Positions 9,729 through 21,484 of a stretch of 64,000 nucleotides of DNA are shown here, piece after piece. A program made the translations under genes and the position numbers. The notes under the pieces are model-generated. The model had not been told where the DNA came from and ran no database searches. It saw nothing but the letters and a program-made list of their open reading frames with translations. This stretch comes from an uncultured delta proteobacterium (lineage in GTDB: Bacteria > Myxococcota > Kuafuiibacteriia > Kuafuiibacteriales > Kuafuiibacteriaceae). Numbering within the stretch: the first letter of the stretch is position 1; each line of letters opens with the position of its first letter. The stretch covers positions 160,001 to 224,000 of the forward strand of contig CAWDML010000001.1 in the NCBI GenBank assembly GCA_963803435.1, given 5' to 3'.

Positions 9729-10445
9729 AGGCCCCACCGGCCCGCGCCGCGCCTGCGCCGCGAGGTGCGACGTCACCAGGCGGCGATCGCCGACGTGGAG
9801 CGCGCTGAGCGCGACGCACAGCTCGCGCGCCGTTGGTCGATCCGAACGCACGGCACTGCGCGCCGACGCCGCCACGCCGACGAGCCATCGTCCCAGCGGA
9901 TCCTCCGGGGTCCGACCGACCAACGCCCGCATGATCTCGCCGAGGGCCGCCACGTCGGCAGCCATCAGGTCGGGGCTGTGCTCGAGCTCGACACCGAAGC
10001 CGCCGAGCTCGATCGCGCCCCGCCCGTCGACGGTCACCTGGGCCGCGCTGAGCGCGCCGTGCCCGATCCCCCGACGGTGCGCGAAGGCGAGCGCCCCTGC
10101 GACGCGCGCGCCCACCTCCCGCGCGACCCGCGAGCGGAGGCTCGGGGCCACCAGCACGCGGTCGATGCGAAGGCCGCCCGCGTCGAAGCACATGTAGGGC
10201 AGCGCGCCGATCCGACCCGTGGTGCGGAGCCGGGCGATCGCAGGGTGTCGCAGCGAGTCGAGGCGCTCGGCGGTCCGGGCGAAGTCCTCGCAGACCGAGC
10301 GATTGCGGGTTCCCGAGGGCTGGAGCACCTCCAGGACCACCCGATGACCGGTGGCCCGCACCTCGGCGAGGAACCGATGGGTGTAGGCGCGGGCCCCTAC
10401 GCACCGCAACAACCGAAAGGGTGACCTGCTGTCGTCGATCCGCAT
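9672..10445 (-). CDS. Degenerate Ser/Thr protein kinase-like protein (pseudokinase)
   Basis: LRHPAIARL, ALAFAHRRGIGHGAL (HRD replaced by HGA), ELGGFG (DFG replaced by GFG), DVAALG, DRPTARE. ATG at 10445. Confidence 0.6.
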   Translation of the reverse strand: MRIDDSRSPFRLLRCVGARAYTHRFLAEVRATGHRVVLEVLQPSGTRNRSVCEDFARTAERLDSLRHPAIARLRTTGRIGALPYMCFDAGGLRIDRVLVAPSLRSRVAREVGARVAGALAFAHRRGIGHGALSAAQVTVDGRGAIELGGFGVELEHSPDLMAADVAALGEIMRALVGRTPEDPLGRWLVGVAASARSAVRSDRPTARELCVALSALHVGDRRLVTSHLAAQARRGPVGPSQQIRDQRLALRRVIAEA

Positions 10446-10491
10446 GCCGAGACGATAGGCGTCGGCTTGCTTGTCCACTAGGCCGTACAGA

Positions 10492-10520
10492 TGGAATGAC
10501 TGTCCATATGTATGGATAAT
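10492..10520. promoter_or_regulatory. Inverted repeats between divergent genes; candidate LysR operator and -10-like box
   Basis: TGGA-N7-TCCA (10492-10506), TCCATA-TG-TATGGA (10503-10516), then GATAAT just upstream of the lysR ATG. AT-rich in a GC-rich background. Confidence 0.5.
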
Positions 10521-10526
10521 AGGTGA

Positions 10527-11444
10527 ATGGCCACCGCCGACCTGAATCAGATGCTCGTCTTCGCCCGCGTCGTCTCGGAGGGGAGCTTCACGGCCGCCGC
10601 CCGCGTGCTCGCCCAGCCGAAGTCGACGGTCTCGAAGCGGGTGGCGCAGCTCGAGGCCCGGCTGGGCGTCCGCCTGCTGCAGCGATCGACCCGGAAGGTG
10701 AAGCCGACGGCCGACGGCGCGACGTACTACGAGCTGTGCCGCCGCATCACGGCGGACATCGAGGAGGCCGATCGCGCGATGATCGATCGGGTCTCGGCGC
10801 CCCACGGTCTGGTCAGGATGGCGGCGCCCATGGTGCTCGGATCGATGCTCGGATCGGTCACCGCCGAGTTCGTGAAGCAGTACCCCGGCGTGTCCCTCGA
10901 GGTCTCGCTCTCCGATCGCGTGGTCGATCTCATCGACGAGCGCTTCGACGTCGCGGTCCGCGTCGGCCCGCTCCGGGACAGCTCGCTGGTCGTGCGGCGC
11001 CTGGTACCCACGGACAACCTCCTCTGCGCCAGCCCCGAGTACCTGGCGCAGCAGCAACCGCCGCGACATCCCGAGGACCTGGTGAAGCACCAGTGCGTCC
11101 TCTTCCGTCCTGCGCCCGGGAAGGTCGCCTGGACGTTCGTGAAGCGCGGCCGAAAAATCACGGTTCCGGTCGCCGGTCGCTACGCCGCGTCCGCGCTCCC
11201 GCCGGTGCGCGACGCCGCGCTGGCAGGCCTCGGGATCGCAGCGGTCCCGAGAGTGATGGTCGAGCCGGACCTCGCCGCCGGCCACCTGGTCCCCGTGCTC
11301 ACGGCGTGGCCCCTCATGCAGGCGGAGATCCACCTCCTCTTCCCGAGCGGGCTCCAGAAGAGCCCGCGCGTGCGTGCGCTCGTCGACCTCATCGTCGCGG
11401 CCTTCGAGGCGTATCGGAAAACGCGGCCGTCGACGGCCACGTGA
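10527..11444 (+). CDS. LysR-family transcriptional regulator
   Basis: HTH GSFTAAARVL...STVSKRVAQLEARLGVRLLQRSTR; CrgA-like effector domain. Confidence 0.95.
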   Translation: MATADLNQMLVFARVVSEGSFTAAARVLAQPKSTVSKRVAQLEARLGVRLLQRSTRKVKPTADGATYYELCRRITADIEEADRAMIDRVSAPHGLVRMAAPMVLGSMLGSVTAEFVKQYPGVSLEVSLSDRVVDLIDERFDVAVRVGPLRDSSLVVRRLVPTDNLLCASPEYLAQQQPPRHPEDLVKHQCVLFRPAPGKVAWTFVKRGRKITVPVAGRYAASALPPVRDAALAGLGIAAVPRVMVEPDLAAGHLVPVLTAWPLMQAEIHLLFPSGLQKSPRVRALVDLIVAAFEAYRKTRPSTAT

Positions 11445-11531
11445 GTCGCCTGCGGCCTCCCTGGGCCCTGGACGGCGATCACACCGCGTTCGGTTGGCAG
11501 CCCGCGCGCCGGCGGCCGGTCCATTCCTCCG

Positions 11532-13469
11532 ATGAAGCGCCTCCTCGCCCTGCTCGCCTCGGTCGGCTTCGCCTGCTCCGGTGCGGATCCGCTGGTGCCG
11601 GTCCCACCGGGCGCGGCGGACGCGGGCGTCCCGACCGATGCGGGGGCGCCGCCGCCCGCCATGTTCACGATCGCCGCGCCGCATGACGGCGAGCTCCTCC
11701 TGGAGCCGCAGGTCGAGGTGCGCGGAACGGCCACAGGTCTCACCCGCATCACGATCGCCGGGGTCGAGACCGCGGTGGTGGACGGCGCGTTCTCGTCGCT
11801 CGTCCTCCTCGACGGCGAGGGCCACCACGAGATCGAGGTCTCGGCGACCGGGGCGGCGGTGCGGATCCCGGTCGACGTCGATCTCTCGCCGCCGCTCCTC
11901 GAGATCCTGTCGCCGTCCCGGGGGGCGTTCTTCGACGCGCGCGAAGGCGCCACGATCCACGTGGAGGGCCGGGCGGTCGATGCGGTCTCCGGCATCTACG
12001 CCGTCACCGTCGGCGGGACGCCGGTCGAGCTCTCGGGAGATCGCTTCGCGATCGATCTGGTGGCGGAGCACGGCGTGAACCTGATCGAGGCGGTGGCCTA
12101 CGACGGCGCAGGTCGCCGATCCGACGTGCTGCAAGGCGCGATCTGGGGGGACTACGCGCCGTGGGACGGGCTCCTCCCGGACGCGGTCTCGCTCGGTGTT
12201 CGAGCCGACGTCTTCGACACGTTCGAGCAAGCCCTCGAGGACGGCATCACCACCCAGCTCTCGAGCGGGGCGATGTCCGCGCCGCCGGCGAACGGCTTCA
12301 CGGTGGACGCGATCGCGTTCACGAACCTCGACGTCCAGATCGTCCCGGAGACCGGCGACCTCGCCCTCGCCGTGACGATCGAAGGGCTCGCGATCGACTT
12401 CACGCTCGATACGGTCGTGCTCGGCTTTCCCGTCCAGACCACCGGCGTGATCACCGCCGACCGCGTGGACCTGGCCACCGAGGCGCACGTCGACACGAAC
12501 CCCGCGGGCGGGGTCGCGGTCCACCTCGAGGGCTCGAGCGCTGCGATCAGCGGCTTCAACGTCACGGCCGTCGGCGTCGCTCCGTTCCTCACCGGGGTGC
12601 TCGCCGGGACCCTTCAGCCGCAGCTCGAGATGGGCTTCGTGCAGGCGCTCGACGGTCAGGACGTCTCCTCGATCCTCGATCTCTCTCAGCTCCTGCCCGA
12701 GGGCGTGGCCGCCCAGATCACGCGCGTCGACATCGATCCGAGTGGCATGGGAATCCTCGCAGACGCCGCGGTGCAGCTCCCGCCGGCGCCCGACTCACCG
12801 CCCGCGCCCGGGATCCTGGTCAGCGGCGGTGCGGCGCCCAGCGGCGCCCCCACCAGCCGGATGCTTCGCACCAGCCTCTCGGAGGACCTCGTCAACGGCA
12901 TCCTGTTCTCCTCCTGGCGGGCGGGGACGCTCACCACCTCGATCGCACCGGCGCAGGTCCCCGGGGAGATCGCGCTCGACGCCGCGACGCTCGCCCTCTT
13001 CTTCGGCGACGAGCTCTTCGACTACGCGCCCGAAACCAGCTCCGTCGCGATCTCTCTGCGACCGCTTCTCCCGCCGGTGGCCAGGCTGGTCGGCGCCGCC
13101 CACCCCACGCTCGAGGTGACGGCCGCCGACGTGATGCTCGACTTCGTGCTGGAGCCGGAGGGTCAGGCGCCGATCCGGTTCGCCACTTTTGCGCTGGTGC
13201 TCGACGCCAGCACCGAGCTCCTGATCGATCAGGGCGGGCCGGCCACTCGGACCCGGGTGGACGTCCGCATCGATCTGGTCGACGCCCCGCTCTTCCCCAT
13301 CGAGGAGGAGCCGCTCGAGGACCTGATCACGAACCTGGTGGTCACCGCCCAACTCGCCGCTGCTCTTGGAGGTCATGCGCTCCCCCTCGACACCGGCGCC
13401 CTGACGAATGTAGTGTTTGCGATCGACGGACCGACCTCCACCTACCTGTCGATCCTTGGCGATCTCTAG
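11532..13469 (+). CDS. Large lipoprotein with Ig-like N-terminal domains and a beta-rich C-terminal region (possibly BPI/TULIP-like)
   Basis: Lipobox GFAC; Ig-like DLSPPLLEILSP..GRAVDAVSG and GVNLIEAVAYD. The C-terminal fold is an inference. Confidence 0.6.
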   Translation: MKRLLALLASVGFACSGADPLVPVPPGAADAGVPTDAGAPPPAMFTIAAPHDGELLLEPQVEVRGTATGLTRITIAGVETAVVDGAFSSLVLLDGEGHHEIEVSATGAAVRIPVDVDLSPPLLEILSPSRGAFFDAREGATIHVEGRAVDAVSGIYAVTVGGTPVELSGDRFAIDLVAEHGVNLIEAVAYDGAGRRSDVLQGAIWGDYAPWDGLLPDAVSLGVRADVFDTFEQALEDGITTQLSSGAMSAPPANGFTVDAIAFTNLDVQIVPETGDLALAVTIEGLAIDFTLDTVVLGFPVQTTGVITADRVDLATEAHVDTNPAGGVAVHLEGSSAAISGFNVTAVGVAPFLTGVLAGTLQPQLEMGFVQALDGQDVSSILDLSQLLPEGVAAQITRVDIDPSGMGILADAAVQLPPAPDSPPAPGILVSGGAAPSGAPTSRMLRTSLSEDLVNGILFSSWRAGTLTTSIAPAQVPGEIALDAATLALFFGDELFDYAPETSSVAISLRPLLPPVARLVGAAHPTLEVTAADVMLDFVLEPEGQAPIRFATFALVLDASTELLIDQGGPATRTRVDVRIDLVDAPLFPIEEEPLEDLITNLVVTAQLAAALGGHALPLDTGALTNVVFAIDGPTSTYLSILGDL

Positions 13470-13514
13470 CGCCCACCCTCAAATCGTTGGGAAATGGGCC
13501 GATCGTGGACGGCG

Positions 13515-15590
<2,076 letters not shown>

Positions 15591-15840
15591 TTCCGTGCTG
15601 GGCAGCCCCGCGTCCACAGCTCGCAGCTCGCAGCCGTCCGTTTCGGATCGAACGCCCACGCGGAGTGCTCAACGCTCCTGCTCGACCTTCGTGCGGAATC
15701 TGCTGGAGAGCGTGCGAAATGGACGCTCGGCCTGCGGCCTGATCTTGGTGTCGGCTCGCACCTGAAGACTGCGAGCTCCAGCGTTCGCCCGAAGCACCAA
15801 AAGTCGTCCATCTTGTCTCGCTTCTCTTGAAGCAAGTCTC

Positions 15841-16185
15841 CTAGAAGCCGCGGAGCCACCACCACGCGGAGAGCGCGCCCGCCAGCGCGGCCAGCACCAG
15901 CACGACCTTGAGCCGCACGCCGCTCGAGCGCGGCTCCACGTGCGCGAGCAGCGACTCGGGATCAGGATCGCTCGCGAGGATCTCCATGACCGGCTCGGTC
16001 GGATCGGTGCGCGGCGGCCGCATCGCCACCGTCCGCGGGCCCACCGGCGGCGGCCGGGTCTTGGGGAGCAGGCCGGCGAGCTGGGCCTGGTCCATCTCCA
16101 CCGTCCTGAGCGCGTCGGTCTCGAGCGCTGCGCGCGAGGTCCCCGGGTAGGTATCGAACATCTCCTCGGCTGCGCTCTCGACCAT
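15841..16185 (-). CDS. Small hypothetical protein with a C-terminal TM helix
   Basis: ATG at 16185; low-complexity body ending VVLVLAALAGALSAWWWLRGF. Confidence 0.5.
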   Translation of the reverse strand: MVESAAEEMFDTYPGTSRAALETDALRTVEMDQAQLAGLLPKTRPPPVGPRTVAMRPPRTDPTEPVMEILASDPDPESLLAHVEPRSSGVRLKVVLVLAALAGALSAWWWLRGF

Positions 16186-16322
16186 GTCGAGGATCGATCC
16201 CGTCGGGGCCGAGATCGGGGTCAGGTTCAGGTCGGAGCTCAACGGGGTTCGCGCCACAGCCTTCGATGATGGCACGGCCAGGGCAGCGCCGGGCACCGGC
16301 TCAAGTGGGAGCGCGCCGCAGA

Positions 16323-17914
16323 TCAGGCGCTGCGGCGGGCGTCGGCGAGGCGCTGGCCGAGGACCAGGCGCGCGGCCCGCAGGCCGATCAGCATGCTGGG
16401 CGCGTTGAGCGCGGAGACCGGCGCCGTGGGGATGATGGAGGCGTCGCTCACCCGCAGGTTCTGGACGCCGCGGACGCGCAGCTCGGGGTCGACCACCGAC
16501 GCGGGATCGGCCCCCATCCGACAGGTGCCGGCGTAGTGGTAGGTGGTCATCAGGTTGCCGCGGATGAACCGCTCCAGGCCCGCGGGGCTCCGGTGCGTCG
16601 GATCCGGGTGGAGCTCCCGGTTGCCCCAGAGCGACAGCGCCGGCGTCGACGCGATGCGCCGGGCCCGCCGCACGCCCGCCAGCAGGGTCTCGAGGTCCTG
16701 CGGATCCGAGAGGTAGCCGGGATCGATCAGCGCCACCTCGCGCACGTCCCTCGAGGCCAGCCGGACGGTGCCGCGGCTCTTCGGCTTCCCCAGGATCACC
16801 ACGATCCCGTAGACGCGCTCGACGAACGACGCCATCGCCTTGGTACCGAACAGCGCCCGGATGGCGCGCCTGGCTCCGCGCGCCACCGCCGGGCGCTGGT
16901 AGAGCGACATGGGCAGCGCGATGGGGGGAGCATGCGCACCATCGCCTCCTTGAGCGAGGAGCGCGCGGTGTAGAAGACGTAGCAGGTGTCGGCGAGGCCG
17001 TCGCCCTCGCTGTCGAAGCCGTACAGCTGAGGATAGGCGCAGTCGATGTCGCGCTTGCCTTGATAGAAGAGCGTGACGTTCGGGTGATCGTGGAAGTTCT
17101 CGCCGACGTTGGGCGCGTCGAGGGCGATCTCGATCCCATGGCGGCGCAGCTCGGCGCCGGGGCCGATGCCGGAGAGCATCAGCAGCTTGGGCGTCTCCAG
17201 CGCGCCGGCGCAGAGGATGACCTCGCGGTTGGCCCGCACCACCTCGCGCCGGCCGTCCTGCTCGATCTCGACGCCGCGGGCGGTGCGCCCCTCCATCACC
17301 ACGCGGTGGACGATCGCGCCCGCGCGCAGGTGCAGGTTGCCTTGCGCCGCCAGCGGCCGGAGGAACGCCACGTACGAGCTCCGCCGCTGGTTGCCGTGGA
17401 AGTTCATCCACTCGTAGCCGAGGTAGCCCTTGAGGTGGCCGTCGTTGAAGTCGTCCTTCTTCTTGAAGCCCGCCTCCTCGGCGGCGTAGATGCACTGGCG
17501 CGTGAACTCGGTCTCCTCGCGGCGGTGCACCACCAGGCTCCGCTCCAGCTTCTCGAACTCCTCGACCACGTCCTTCCAGCGCCAGCCCTCGAGGCCCCAG
17601 CCGTCGAAGTCGTCGCGCGCGCCGCGGGTGTAGACCATGCCGTTGACCGAGCCGCTGCCGCCCACGCCCCGGCCCGAGCCCATGTAGAGACGCCGGTCGC
17701 CGCAGCCGGGCTGGGGGACGCTGAAGCGCTCCCACATCAGCTCGTCGTTCATGAACGCGGTCTTGTAGCCGTTGGCCAGGAGCGTCTCCGGGTTCTTCTC
17801 GGCGGGCGCGCCGCACTCGAGCACCAGCACCGAGACCGACGGATCCTTGGCCAGCTCGCCGGCCAGCACGCAGCCGGCCGAGCCGGCCCCGACCACGATG
17901 TAGTCGAAGCTCAC
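16323..17914 (-). CDS. GMC oxidoreductase, with a frameshift in a G-homopolymer near 16925
   Basis: FDYIVVGAGSAGC, GRGVGGSGSVNGM, VGENFHDH. After the shift: KPKSRGTVRL, TTYHYAGTCRMG, VVDPELRVRG, NAPSMLIG. Confidence 0.88.
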
Positions 17915-19473
17915 GAGCGCCTCCTCCAGAGCGTCTTCACCGCGTCGCGGGCGCCGCGGGCCCGCTCGCGCCAGCCGCCGTAGATCATCTTGATCGCCGA
18001 GCGCGTCAGCTCGTAGTCGCCCTCGGCCACCGGGAACACCTTCTTGGGGGCGTAGAGGGGGAGCCGGTCCTCGAGGTACGCCTTCTGGTTGGTGCAGGCG
18101 CGCAGGCCGTCGCGCCCGTTGAGCCGACCGAAGCCGGAGCCGCGCGTGCCGCCGAACGGGAGGTCCTGCGCGATGTAGCCCAGGCCGAAGTCGTTGACGC
18201 AGGTGGAGCCGGCCACCAGCTGCCGCGCGATGCGGGCCGCGCGCACCGGATCCTTGGTGAAGACCGAGGACGAGAGGCCGTACTCGCTGTCGTTGGCCAG
18301 GCGGATCGCCTCCTCCTCGCTGAACACCCGACAGATCGCCATCACCGGACCGAAGGTCTCCTCCTTCATCACCGCCATCGAGTGATCGACGCCGGTGAGG
18401 ACGGTGGGCTCGAAGTACTGGCCGAAGCCGCCCCGCTTGCCCCCGAGCCGCACGGTGGCGCCCTTCGAGACCGCGTCCTTCACCAGCCGCTCCACGATGT
18501 CGAGCTGTCCCGGCATGGTCATGGAGCCCATGTCGACGCCCGGCCGCAGGTCGCGCGCCACGCCCAGCACCTCCTCGACGAAGGCGTCGTGCACGGCGTC
18601 GAAGACGTAGATGCGCTCGGTGGCCAGGCACATCTGGCCGGCGGTGAGGAAGCAGCCGGTGAGCGCGGTGTGCGCGGCCTGGGGGACCGAGGCGTCGTCG
18701 CAGACGATCATCGGGTCCTTACCGCCCAGCTCCAGGATCACCGGCACCATGGCGGCCGCGCTGCCCTCGATGACGCGGCGGCCGTTCTTGATCGAGCCGG
18801 TGAACACCACCAGATCGACGCCGCCCGAGACCAGGGCCGCGCCGGTCTCGCCGTAGCCGGTGAGGATCTGGACCAGGTCGGGCGAGTGCCCGCGGGCGTT
18901 GAGCACCTCGTCGAACATCCGCTGCACGCGGGCCGCCGACCACGAGCTCCACTCCGAGACCTTGATGGCGGCGGCGTTGCCGGCGAACAGCGCCGGGATG
19001 GTGGGCCCGAGGATGTTCTGGAACGGGAAGTTCCAGGGCGTGATCACGCCGACCACGCCCAGCGGGTGGAACTCGATGGTGGCGCGCTTGTGCACCAGGA
19101 GCCCGGAGGAGACCCGCTCCGGGCGGAGGTGCTTCTCCCCGTGCTCCAGGGTCCAGCGCAGCTTCTCGGCCACCGGCCAGATCTCGCCGACCATGGCGTT
19201 CTCTTTGGTCTTGCCCGAGTCCTTCGCCACCAGCGCGGCGATCTCGTCGGCGTGGGCCAGCGTCTGATCGAGGAGGTCGCGAAGCACGCGGCGGCGCTCG
19301 GCGAACGAGGTCTTCGCCCAGGCCGCCTGCGCCCCCTTGGCCCGGCGGATCCGCTCCACCACCTCGGCCTTCGACATCGCCGGGACCTCGCCCAACCGCT
19401 CGCCGGTCGCCGGATCCCGGCACTCGATCCGCGTCGGGTGCGCGGGCGGGGTCATCGAGATCTGAGCCGTCAT
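17911..19473 (-). CDS. Aldehyde dehydrogenase
   Basis: ITPWNFP, FTGS, LELGGKDP, AGQMCLA, EETFGP, PFGG. Confidence 0.93.
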   Translation of the reverse strand: MTAQISMTPPAHPTRIECRDPATGERLGEVPAMSKAEVVERIRRAKGAQAAWAKTSFAERRRVLRDLLDQTLAHADEIAALVAKDSGKTKENAMVGEIWPVAEKLRWTLEHGEKHLRPERVSSGLLVHKRATIEFHPLGVVGVITPWNFPFQNILGPTIPALFAGNAAAIKVSEWSSWSAARVQRMFDEVLNARGHSPDLVQILTGYGETGAALVSGGVDLVVFTGSIKNGRRVIEGSAAAMVPVILELGGKDPMIVCDDASVPQAAHTALTGCFLTAGQMCLATERIYVFDAVHDAFVEEVLGVARDLRPGVDMGSMTMPGQLDIVERLVKDAVSKGATVRLGGKRGGFGQYFEPTVLTGVDHSMAVMKEETFGPVMAICRVFSEEEAIRLANDSEYGLSSSVFTKDPVRAARIARQLVAGSTCVNDFGLGYIAQDLPFGGTRGSGFGRLNGRDGLRACTNQKAYLEDRLPLYAPKKVFPVAEGDYELTRSAIKMIYGGWRERARGARDAVKTLWRRRS

Positions 19474-20486
19474 GCGGCCTCCCTTCGACGGTCTTGATCT
19501 CGCAGATCCGCGACCGTCCGTGCGATCCCCTCCTCCATGCGCACCGCCGGCCGGTAGCCGAGATCGCGCTCGGCCTTGGCGATGCTGTAGAAGTGATCGG
19601 TGCAGAGGTAGTCGATGGTGAAGCGCGACAGGCTCTCCTCGGAGTTGAGCGTGCCGCCCTTGAGGGTGTCGAGGGTCTCGCGGGCCCAGGCGGCCGCATA
19701 CGCGATCGGATAGGGGATGGTGAAGCGAGCGCTCCCGTAGCCGAGCGGCTCCACCACCTGCCGCACGAAGTCCCAGAAGCCCATCGGCTCGCCGTTGGTG
19801 ATGAAGTAGGCCTGGCCCGCCACCGGCGATCCGGGCTCGAGCCGCTCGCAGGCCGCGAGGCAGGCGTCCACCACGTTGTCGACGTAGGTGAAGTCGGTGC
19901 GCTTGCCCGGCTTGCCCACGGCGAACTTGAGCTTCCCCTTCTTCGCCTTCTCCAGGATGGCCGGGACCAGGCGCGTGTCGCCGGGGCCGAAGATCGAGTG
20001 GGGCCGGAGCGCGCAAGTGCACAGGCGCGCGTCGCTGGCCGCCAGCACCGCCTTCTCCGCCACGCTCTTGGTCTGTGCGTACGGCGCGGCGAAGCGGGTA
20101 GCGTGCGGGAGCGTCTCGTCGCCGTTCTGGATGTCCCTGCCCTCGTACACGATGCTGGCCGAGCTCACGTAGACCAGCCGCGGTACGCCGGCGCGCCGGG
20201 CCGCCGCCAGCACGTTCTCGGTTCCGCCGATGTTCACGCCCCGGATCAGATCGAGCTGATTCCACTTGGTGTGGACGAGGGAGGCCGAGTGGAAGATCGC
20301 GTCCCGTCCGGCGGCCGCCTGGTCGACGGTGGTGAGGTCGCGGATGTCGCCGTCGATCAGCTCGACGTCGTCGCGCCAGGGCCGGGCCCCCTTGTCGAGG
20401 ACCGTGACCTCGTGGCCGCGCCTCCGCAGCGCGTCCACCAGCGGCCGGCCCAAGAACCCCGCGCCCCCCGTGACCAGCGCTCTCAT
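19470..20486 (-). CDS. 3beta-HSD/NSDHL(ERG26)-like extended SDR
   Basis: TGGAGFLG, LVYVSSASIV, NGDETLP, YAQTK, TCALRPHSIFGPGD, DFTYVDNV, VAGQAYFITNGEP, AERDLGYRP. Confidence 0.85.
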   Translation of the reverse strand: MRALVTGGAGFLGRPLVDALRRRGHEVTVLDKGARPWRDDVELIDGDIRDLTTVDQAAAGRDAIFHSASLVHTKWNQLDLIRGVNIGGTENVLAAARRAGVPRLVYVSSASIVYEGRDIQNGDETLPHATRFAAPYAQTKSVAEKAVLAASDARLCTCALRPHSIFGPGDTRLVPAILEKAKKGKLKFAVGKPGKRTDFTYVDNVVDACLAACERLEPGSPVAGQAYFITNGEPMGFWDFVRQVVEPLGYGSARFTIPYPIAYAAAWARETLDTLKGGTLNSEESLSRFTIDYLCTDHFYSIAKAERDLGYRPAVRMEEGIARTVADLRDQDRRREAA

Positions 20487-21484
20487 GCCACCCTCCGCGT
20501 CATCATCCCGGACTCGAAGGCCCAGGCGTAGATGTCGGCCAGCGTCTCCTCCAGCGGGCGCGGCGCGTAGCCGAGCTCCCGCTTGGCCTTCTCGTGGCTC
20601 ATCGCCTTGTTCTTGGCGTCGAGCACCTTGAGCGCCTGCCGGTTGAACAGCGGCGGCCTCCGGGTGATGCGCGACTGGACCTCCGCGAAGACCGCGCTCA
20701 TCTTGGCCACCGACATGGGGACCACGAAGCGGGGCGCGCGCGTGCCGATCGACGCCTCCACCAGGCGCGCCAGCTCGGTCAGCGAGCACCAGCGACCGGA
20801 GAGGATGTAGCGCTCGCCGGTGCGGCCCTTCTCGGCGGCGAGGATGGCGCCCTCGGCCACGTCCCGCGAGTCGACCCAGTCGTGGCCGCCGGGCAGGAGC
20901 GCCGGCAGCGTCCCCATCCCCAGATCGATCAGCATGCGGCCGCTGCCGGTGGGCTTGTAGTCGTGGGGGCCGATCACGCCGGCCGGGTTGACGATGACGG
21001 CGTCGAAGCCGGCCTCCACCGCGGCCAGGACCTCGCGCTCGGCCTCGGCCTTGGAGCGCTCGTAGGGCGAGGCCGTCTCAGAGTCCTCCAGCGGGCGGGA
21101 CTCGTCGAGCGGGCGATCCAGCGGATCCTGCTTGAGCGCGTGCACCGAGCTCACGTGCACCATGCGCCGGACGCCCGCCTTCCTGCCCGCGTCGATCACG
21201 TTCCGGGTCCCCTCGACGTTGATCCGCCGCGTGATCTCGCCGTCGCGCGGATCGATCGAGACGAAAGCCGCTGAGTGGTAGACCACCGCGGCGCCCTCGA
21301 AGGCCGAGGCGAGCGCGGCCGGATCGATGACGTCGGCCTGGAGGGGCTCGACGTCGATGCCCTCCAGCGCGCGCACGTTCGATCGATAGAGCGCGCGCAC
21401 GTGCAACCCGCGCGCGAGCAGGCCCCGGACCAGCGCCGCGCCCAACAGGCCTGACGCGCCGGTGACCACCGCCGTCTCTTTCAT
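20483..21484 (-). CDS. NAD-dependent epimerase/dehydratase (DFR/HpnA-like extended SDR)
   Basis: VTGASGLLG, HVSSVHA, YERSK, VNPAGVIGPHDYKP, GRTGERYIL. Confidence 0.88.
   Translation of the reverse strand: MKETAVVTGASGLLGAALVRGLLARGLHVRALYRSNVRALEGIDVEPLQADVIDPAALASAFEGAAVVYHSAAFVSIDPRDGEITRRINVEGTRNVIDAGRKAGVRRMVHVSSVHALKQDPLDRPLDESRPLEDSETASPYERSKAEAEREVLAAVEAGFDAVIVNPAGVIGPHDYKPTGSGRMLIDLGMGTLPALLPGGHDWVDSRDVAEGAILAAEKGRTGERYILSGRWCSLTELARLVEASIGTRAPRFVVPMSVAKMSAVFAEVQSRITRRPPLFNRQALKVLDAKNKAMSHEKAKRELGYAPRPLEETLADIYAWAFESGMMTRRVA

Noticed and set aside
9672-12524. 950-aa ORF as one protein
   Set aside because: Mostly antisense to lysR and the lipoprotein; only the part from ATG 10445 looks coding.
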